This document shows positions 25,266 through 29,815 of a stretch of DNA of 29,815 nt, one piece after another. The DNA comes from a virus. Lineage: Duplodnaviria; Heunggongvirae; Uroviricota; Caudoviricetes. A program made the position numbers and the translations under genes. Location of the stretch: IMG/VR virus record IMGVR_UViG_3300031088_000793; one strand, given 5' to 3'. The notes below the pieces were generated by a model. The model ran no database searches and was not told the DNA's origin. It worked only from the letters and a program-made list of their open reading frames with translations. Each line of letters opens with the position of its first letter. Positions within the stretch are counted from its first letter, which is position 1.

Positions 25266-26708
25266 TCAGTCGCCCGAGACAGGGCCACGCTTGGTCTTGA
25301 AGATGGTCCGGAGGTCCTTGAGGTCAGCCTGCATGGCCTTCTCGTTGTAGTCCGGAGCGTTGGTCTTGGACTGGACATTCTCAATCATCCGGCCACCCAC
25401 AACATCGAGGAGTTCCTTCTTGTTGAGCTGGTAGTTGTCCTTGGCGGTGTTGAAGTTTCGTCCAGGGTTCTTCGGGTCTACGATGACCTTGGCGCTGGTC
25501 CAGTCCTCCCAGGGGTTACCGCTAGTATTCTCCCACTGACCGTCAGAGATCTGACCCTTGAGCTCATCCTCGAGGAGCCACTTCTGAGCCTGAGTGCGCA
25601 CTCGGATAGTGTGGCCCTCGTCAGGAATCCTGTGGCCAAGGCCGTTCTCCTCGAGGGCAGTCTGAGCCTTGACCTCAGCATCCCTCACCTTGGCAACGGT
25701 GTCCTGTGCATCCTTGAGCTCAGCCTTCTGCTCCTCTGAGGCTGTGAAGTAGGTAGCGCCGTTGGGGTTGACACCAGGAATGTTGCCGTAGCCCTTTGGG
25801 GTAGGGCCAATGTAGTAGGCCCGGCCTTCTGCGGCCGCGTTGGCAGAGTTGTAGGCCCTGTGGCGAGCGTGGACATCCTTGAGCCTAGCCTCGACGACCT
25901 TGACCGTGTGCTTATAGCCGTCGTACTCGTCTACTAGCTCATCTTCCTGCTCCAGGGTGATCTGAGGCTTCGGAGCGTCGGGGAGGTTGGTGGCAGAACC
26001 ACTCTGAGCCCGCTTCCAGCCGCCGTAGCCCTCGCGGAGCTTCTCGGCAGTTGCCGAAGTGCTGGCCTTCTTGCCATCAGCTGTGAAGGCCTCGACCGAG
26101 CCATCCTTGTTGACCCGGACGATCTTGCCCTGGCGGTGAACATAGAGCTCTTCCTGTGAAGCCTCGCGCTCCTCTGCGGCGATGAGTGCCATCTCCAGAT
26201 CAGTGGGGTCATCTGCGGGGTTCTCAGTGTCCCACATCTCGAGCTCTCTCCGGAGCTCAGCTGCGGTGTAGTTCTCGAAGCGAGCGGCGGTGTAACCCTT
26301 GGACTTAGCGGCCTGGGCCTCAGCGAGGGCAACCTCTGCATCCTCGTAGATCTTGCTGTCAGTGATGGCGCTACCTCGACCAGCCTTCATCTCTTCGGTC
26401 ATCTCGTCCCTGATAGCCTGAAGCTCACTCTGAGCCTTAGCATCGTCGGGGCTGTCGATGACCTTCTGAGCGGCTGTGGCGAAGCGACCGGCGAATGCTT
26501 CTCCAGCGGAGGCCTTTTCCTCGTCATTCTTGGAGGCTGTGACGAAGGCGCCGAGCTGCTTCTCGAAGCGCTGCTGCGACTCCTGGGTAGCCTCCTCCAG
26601 GGTGCCGTGGAAGCTATCACCTGCCTGAGTCTTCGGGCAGCTGTCGGGGCTGGCAGCGCTGCACTTGCCCGGCATGCCGTTGTCGCTGATGTGGAACTTT
26701 GCGGCCAT
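25266..26708 (-). CDS. H-C-C-H N-terminal module protein B (480 aa)
   Basis: MAAKFHISDNGMPGKCSAASPDSCPKTQAGDSFHG; GGAGG RBS; multi-domain body ending in a GQISDGQWEN...W..W domain. Confidence 0.88.
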   Translation of the reverse strand: MAAKFHISDNGMPGKCSAASPDSCPKTQAGDSFHGTLEEATQESQQRFEKQLGAFVTASKNDEEKASAGEAFAGRFATAAQKVIDSPDDAKAQSELQAIRDEMTEEMKAGRGSAITDSKIYEDAEVALAEAQAAKSKGYTAARFENYTAAELRRELEMWDTENPADDPTDLEMALIAAEEREASQEELYVHRQGKIVRVNKDGSVEAFTADGKKASTSATAEKLREGYGGWKRAQSGSATNLPDAPKPQITLEQEDELVDEYDGYKHTVKVVEARLKDVHARHRAYNSANAAAEGRAYYIGPTPKGYGNIPGVNPNGATYFTASEEQKAELKDAQDTVAKVRDAEVKAQTALEENGLGHRIPDEGHTIRVRTQAQKWLLEDELKGQISDGQWENTSGNPWEDWTSAKVIVDPKNPGRNFNTAKDNYQLNKKELLDVVGGRMIENVQSKTNAPDYNEKAMQADLKDLRTIFKTKRGPVSGD

Positions 26709-26755
26709 GGTGTTTCCTCCAGATCGTGGTTATTCCCAGCTATCTCTAATGCGGA

Positions 26756-26800
26756 AGGGGCAGTGAGCTCGGATCTTCCGATCAGTTGCCCACTGCCCCT
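26756..26800 (-). terminator. intergenic hairpin
   Basis: AGGGGCAGTG / CACTGCCCCT 10-bp stem with an inner TCGGA/TCCGA stem. Confidence 0.55.
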
Positions 26801-26812
26801 AGAGCTTGAAGC

Positions 26813-27634
26813 TTAGCCTCGGCCCTTGCTGTTCCATCCAGGCTGAGACCTGTCAAACTCATCCACGGTCTTCCTAGTGGCAAGCCGCACAGCATCAGCG
26901 CTGAGGTCACCGCTTACCTCGAGTCGAGCCTTTAGACTTCTCTTGAGCTCAGCCCGCTCCTTGACCGAGTAGTTGCCACCGAGCGTCGAGATCTGATCCA
27001 CCGCTTCACGCTCTACTCGCTTCTCAAAGGGTGGAAGCTTAGGCTTAGGATCACCGAGGGGTGCTCCGTTGAGCTTTGACCCACTGGGAGTACTAGCCTT
27101 CGAGGGGGCCGCGGGGGAGGACTCTGAGGAGGGACGAGGAGGATCCATCTCGTAGGTGCCCTTCTCTCCAGCCCTGTAGAACCCGTCGCCGGAACGCATA
27201 TAGGCACCCGCTTCGCTTCCCTCCGCGTCGTAGAGAGGGAAGACCTCCCCATCCTGAAGCTCTAGCTCGCTTCCGAAGGTATCCTGGCTCCAGCTCTTGA
27301 CCTCCTCTGAGGAAACAGCCTTGAGCTCACCGAGGTCGTAGCCGTCTCCCTCGAACTCGACCTTCAGCCTACCGCCCTCTACCCGGTACTCGGAGCTGTC
27401 CATCATGTCCGTGGAGAATGCCCTGCGGTCCTCCACAGGAGAACTGCTCGCGGGGCTAGAGCTCACTGGTACTGCGCCATGGCTCGCTTCAAAGCGCCTC
27501 TCGGACTCAGCACTAGCTTCAGCTAGCGTGCCATGAAAGCCATCGCCGGCCTGAGTCTTGGGGCAGCTCTCAGCGCTGGCAGCGCCACACTGCCCGGGTG
27601 TGCCGTCATCCTTGATGTGGAACTTTGTAGCCAT
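26813..27634 (-). CDS. H-C-C-H N-terminal module protein C (273 aa)
   Basis: MATKFHIKDDGTPGQCGAASAESCPKTQAGDGFHG; GGAGG RBS; Ser/Pro linkers separate two further small domains. Confidence 0.88.
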   Translation of the reverse strand: MATKFHIKDDGTPGQCGAASAESCPKTQAGDGFHGTLAEASAESERRFEASHGAVPVSSSPASSSPVEDRRAFSTDMMDSSEYRVEGGRLKVEFEGDGYDLGELKAVSSEEVKSWSQDTFGSELELQDGEVFPLYDAEGSEAGAYMRSGDGFYRAGEKGTYEMDPPRPSSESSPAAPSKASTPSGSKLNGAPLGDPKPKLPPFEKRVEREAVDQISTLGGNYSVKERAELKRSLKARLEVSGDLSADAVRLATRKTVDEFDRSQPGWNSKGRG

Positions 27635-27803
27635 GGTCTTCCTCCGAAATCGTGGGTTCCTTGGAGAGCTATCTAACGGAGTGCTGGTCGCTAGGAGCCC
27701 GCCTAAGCGATCCGAGCTCAGAGCCGTCGGGATGTGCGAGGGGCAGTGGAAAGTGTCTCACCGGCAGCCCTGGAGGCAGCTAGGCACAACTGCTAACCAA
27801 CGG

Positions 27804-27843
27804 CAGAGGGAGCCGAGTACCCGAAGGTTCCCGGCTCCCTCTG
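27804..27843 (-). terminator. intergenic hairpin with cUUCGg apex
   Basis: CAGAGGGAGCCG / CGGCTCCCTCTG 12-bp perfect stem; the minus-strand apex reads ccTTCGgg. Confidence 0.7.
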
Positions 27844-27849
27844 AGCCCG

Positions 27850-28149
27850 CTATTCGAGCTCTAGATCATCGCTAGTCGAGCGGAAGCGATCCACCGCGTG
27901 GGTGTTGGCCCTGCGGTCACACTCCCCACAGACCATGTCCTTGGAGTGAGGCTCCTCCCGGAGCTCACTCTCGGGGCACTCTTCGGCACAGAGGTCGCAG
28001 TAGGATGCTTCCTCCGACCGATCTTCGTAGTCGCTCCAGCTGTTCTCTTCCTCGGAGATCGGTTCCTGAGCCTCAGTGGACTGAACTCCGTAGAGCCCCT
28101 TGAGTGCTTCGGCTGTCTCTCCATCGAGGAGACCGGTGAGTGCGGTCAT
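27850..28149 (-). CDS. acidic CxxC...CxxC zinc-ribbon-like protein (99 aa)
   Basis: CDLC and CGEC pairs; AAGGA RBS. Confidence 0.75.
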   Translation of the reverse strand: MTALTGLLDGETAEALKGLYGVQSTEAQEPISEEENSWSDYEDRSEEASYCDLCAEECPESELREEPHSKDMVCGECDRRANTHAVDRFRSTSDDLELE

Positions 28150-28227
28150 GGTGTTCGTGTTCCTTCTTTCGACTTGCTACAGTCCAGAGCCCGCTGGCTC
28201 CGGGTCTAGGGGAGGATGAGCGACTGC

Positions 28228-28503
28228 TCAGCCCTTGGCGTGGCCGTCGGCCTCGAGCCACTTGAGCACTTCGCCCATCTCGGGGAGCTTGGTGGCCTCC
28301 TGAGGAAACTCGACGGGATTGGCCTGGGAGATCCGGGTTGCCCGGTACTCACCGTCATCGAGCCGGATGACCTGGAGCACCTGAGTGCCGTTGCCGGCCT
28401 CGAGAGTGTGCTCCGTGGAGAGGAAGATCCTGTAGCCCCTCCCCTCAAGCTGCTCAGTGGCCTCTGCCTGGACGAGTGGGTATTCGGTTGCTGTGAGTGT
28501 CAT
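28228..28503 (-). CDS. hypothetical protein (91 aa)
   Basis: GGAG RBS; same strand as neighbours. Confidence 0.75.
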   Translation of the reverse strand: MTLTATEYPLVQAEATEQLEGRGYRIFLSTEHTLEAGNGTQVLQVIRLDDGEYRATRISQANPVEFPQEATKLPEMGEVLKWLEADGHAKG

Positions 28504-28583
28504 CAGCTTCTACTCCATCTGTCTGTTACTGCTACTTGCGGGTAGGTTTGGCGCCATATCGCCTGTGGTCGGATGCTGGAATC

Positions 28584-28889
28584 CTATGGACTGCGGTGCT
28601 CCTCTACCTCGATCCGGACGGCGGCCGCAAAGCTGCCGACGAGTCTAGCCAGCGCTAGGGAGAGGAGCACGAGGAGAGCCACGGAGGAGATCGGACCCAG
28701 GAGGTCGGGGCCGACAGAGCTCAGCGCGGGTGGAATCACCCAGAGCGCGAGGAGAAGGAAGGCCACGCGATGGCCCAGCACGACCAGGGAAGTGGCCCGG
28801 ACCGAGGAGCTCTCAGAGGTCGCTCTACCCGATCCGGGGAGCGCAGGGCGAGCGAGGCTGAAGCCGTAGCTCTCAGTTCCTTCGGCCAT
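28584..28889 (-). CDS. two-TM membrane protein (101 aa)
   Basis: Two hydrophobic segments (VAFLLLALWVIPPAL and ISSVALLVLLSLALA); GAGGGG RBS. Confidence 0.65.
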   Translation of the reverse strand: MAEGTESYGFSLARPALPGSGRATSESSSVRATSLVVLGHRVAFLLLALWVIPPALSSVGPDLLGPISSVALLVLLSLALARLVGSFAAAVRIEVEEHRSP

Positions 28890-28967
28890 CGCTCTATCCC
28901 CTCTGATGCTCAGTGGTGGTTCCGCCTTTGGACTACCTTACACACTTCCCCGGTTCGATCACCGATC

Positions 28968-29815
28968 TCAGTACTTTCCGTTGGTCACGGCCCTGATGTA
29001 CTCGTTGGTGTAGTCGTCGGCGTACTTTTTGTAGCTCTTGGGAGAGATTCCACTACCCTTGGGATAGCGCTTCTGCTTCGCGCTGATCTCCCTCCGGATA
29101 CGCTCACGCTCGAGGTCCTTCAGCGCTTCCCATCTGCGCATGTCAGAGAGCTTCTCCTGCCACTCGGGACAGACGCTCTGGTGCCACTTGTTCAGCTCAT
29201 GGGAGAGCCCTGTGCAGACAGTTTGCTGGTCCAGGCCGCTGCCACTGATCGAGAGCCCCTTGACCACTCCGCAGCTCTCGCAGCGCTGGAAGTTCAGCAG
29301 TGTCGCGTGCCCTCTCCCCACGGGGATCTGGGTCACAGCGTAGGGGAAGCGGCCGGAGCTGAATGCAGCCCGGCTGTAGCTACCCTCGGCGATGCCGACA
29401 GCTGCGAGGCTGCTGTCGATGGTGTCTCGAAGCCACTGAGGGATGCCCGAGACCCGGGAGGCCGCAGCGTAGTCGGCGGCGATCTCGCTCCGCCTGAAGT
29501 GATCAGCGAGGATCTCGTTGAGATCGAGCTTGAAGAGCTTTCCCTCGGTGGTCCGGGGCTTTCCGCTCCCCGTGATCCTGAGCTCCTGGATGCCGCAGAC
29601 CCGGTTCGAGCTCTCGGGATCGAGCTTGGCTATGAAGATCAGTTTCTCCAGTGCTCCGCCGATGGGAAGAGTGAAGCTCCGCTCCATGAACCCGGAAAGC
29701 GTGGGTCGGACCCCCTCCCAGCCGCTGGGAGTAAGGAGAGTGTCGAAGAATTCCTCGAGGTCGTAGAGCTTGGCCTTGCCGAGGATGGACCTGCCTCCGT
29801 GGATCTGCTCAACCT
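28968..29815 (-). CDS. hypothetical Cys/His-containing protein, 5'-truncated by the window edge
   Basis: The frame of the 28968-29687 ORF stays open upstream to the window end (VEQIHGGRSILGKAKLYDLEEFFDT...GF-MERSF). Contains CESC...C...H...C. Confidence 0.75.
   Translation of the reverse strand, partial: VEQIHGGRSILGKAKLYDLEEFFDTLLTPSGWEGVRPTLSGFMERSFTLPIGGALEKLIFIAKLDPESSNRVCGIQELRITGSGKPRTTEGKLFKLDLNEILADHFRRSEIAADYAAASRVSGIPQWLRDTIDSSLAAVGIAEGSYSRAAFSSGRFPYAVTQIPVGRGHATLLNFQRCESCGVVKGLSISGSGLDQQTVCTGLSHELNKWHQSVCPEWQEKLSDMRRWEALKDLERERIRREISAKQKRYPKGSGISPKSYKKYADDYTNEYIRAVTNGKY

Noticed and set aside
26756-27750. Short shared words (AGGGGCAGTGG, GATCCGAGCTCA) between the two intergenic regions near the module genes
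   Set aside because: They are in opposite orientation and different order, are short and GC/AGCT-rich, and cannot be told apart from the background motif bias.
1-29815. CRISPR array, IS element, integrase, or stop-codon reassignment
   Set aside because: No regularly spaced direct repeats and no transposase or recombinase motifs. TAG, TGA and TAA all end genes at the expected family lengths, with no sign of in-frame readthrough.

Overview
A gene-dense stretch of about 30 kb in which every credible gene lies on the minus strand. GC is roughly 60-68% in hand-sampled lines, dipping to about 43-50% at both ends of the Rhs gene and in one lipoprotein gene. Recognisable proteins are actinobacterial in type (NucS, PncB, Glf, NrtR-like Nudix). 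They are mixed with many short phage-style hypothetical genes, overlapping stop/start codons, three tandem paralog arrays and repeated hairpin + extended -10 promoter units. No housekeeping context, virion genes, integrase, tRNA or CRISPR is visible, so the window is best read as an accessory region of a very large actinobacterial phage or giant plasmid (inference). Main content: a DUF4238-like gene; UDP-galactopyranose mutase; a 1795-aa Sec-exported Rhs protein with no downstream immunity gene; a secreted GH16; NucS; a dispersed NAD+ salvage set (pncB, pncA, nadR-like, and an NrtR-like Nudix fused to a ~620-aa acidic domain); and three proteins sharing an N-terminal His-Cys-Cys-His module joined to unrelated cargo. 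The best candidates for new systems are the deamidated-route NAD+ rebuilding set and the shared-module polymorphic cargo family.
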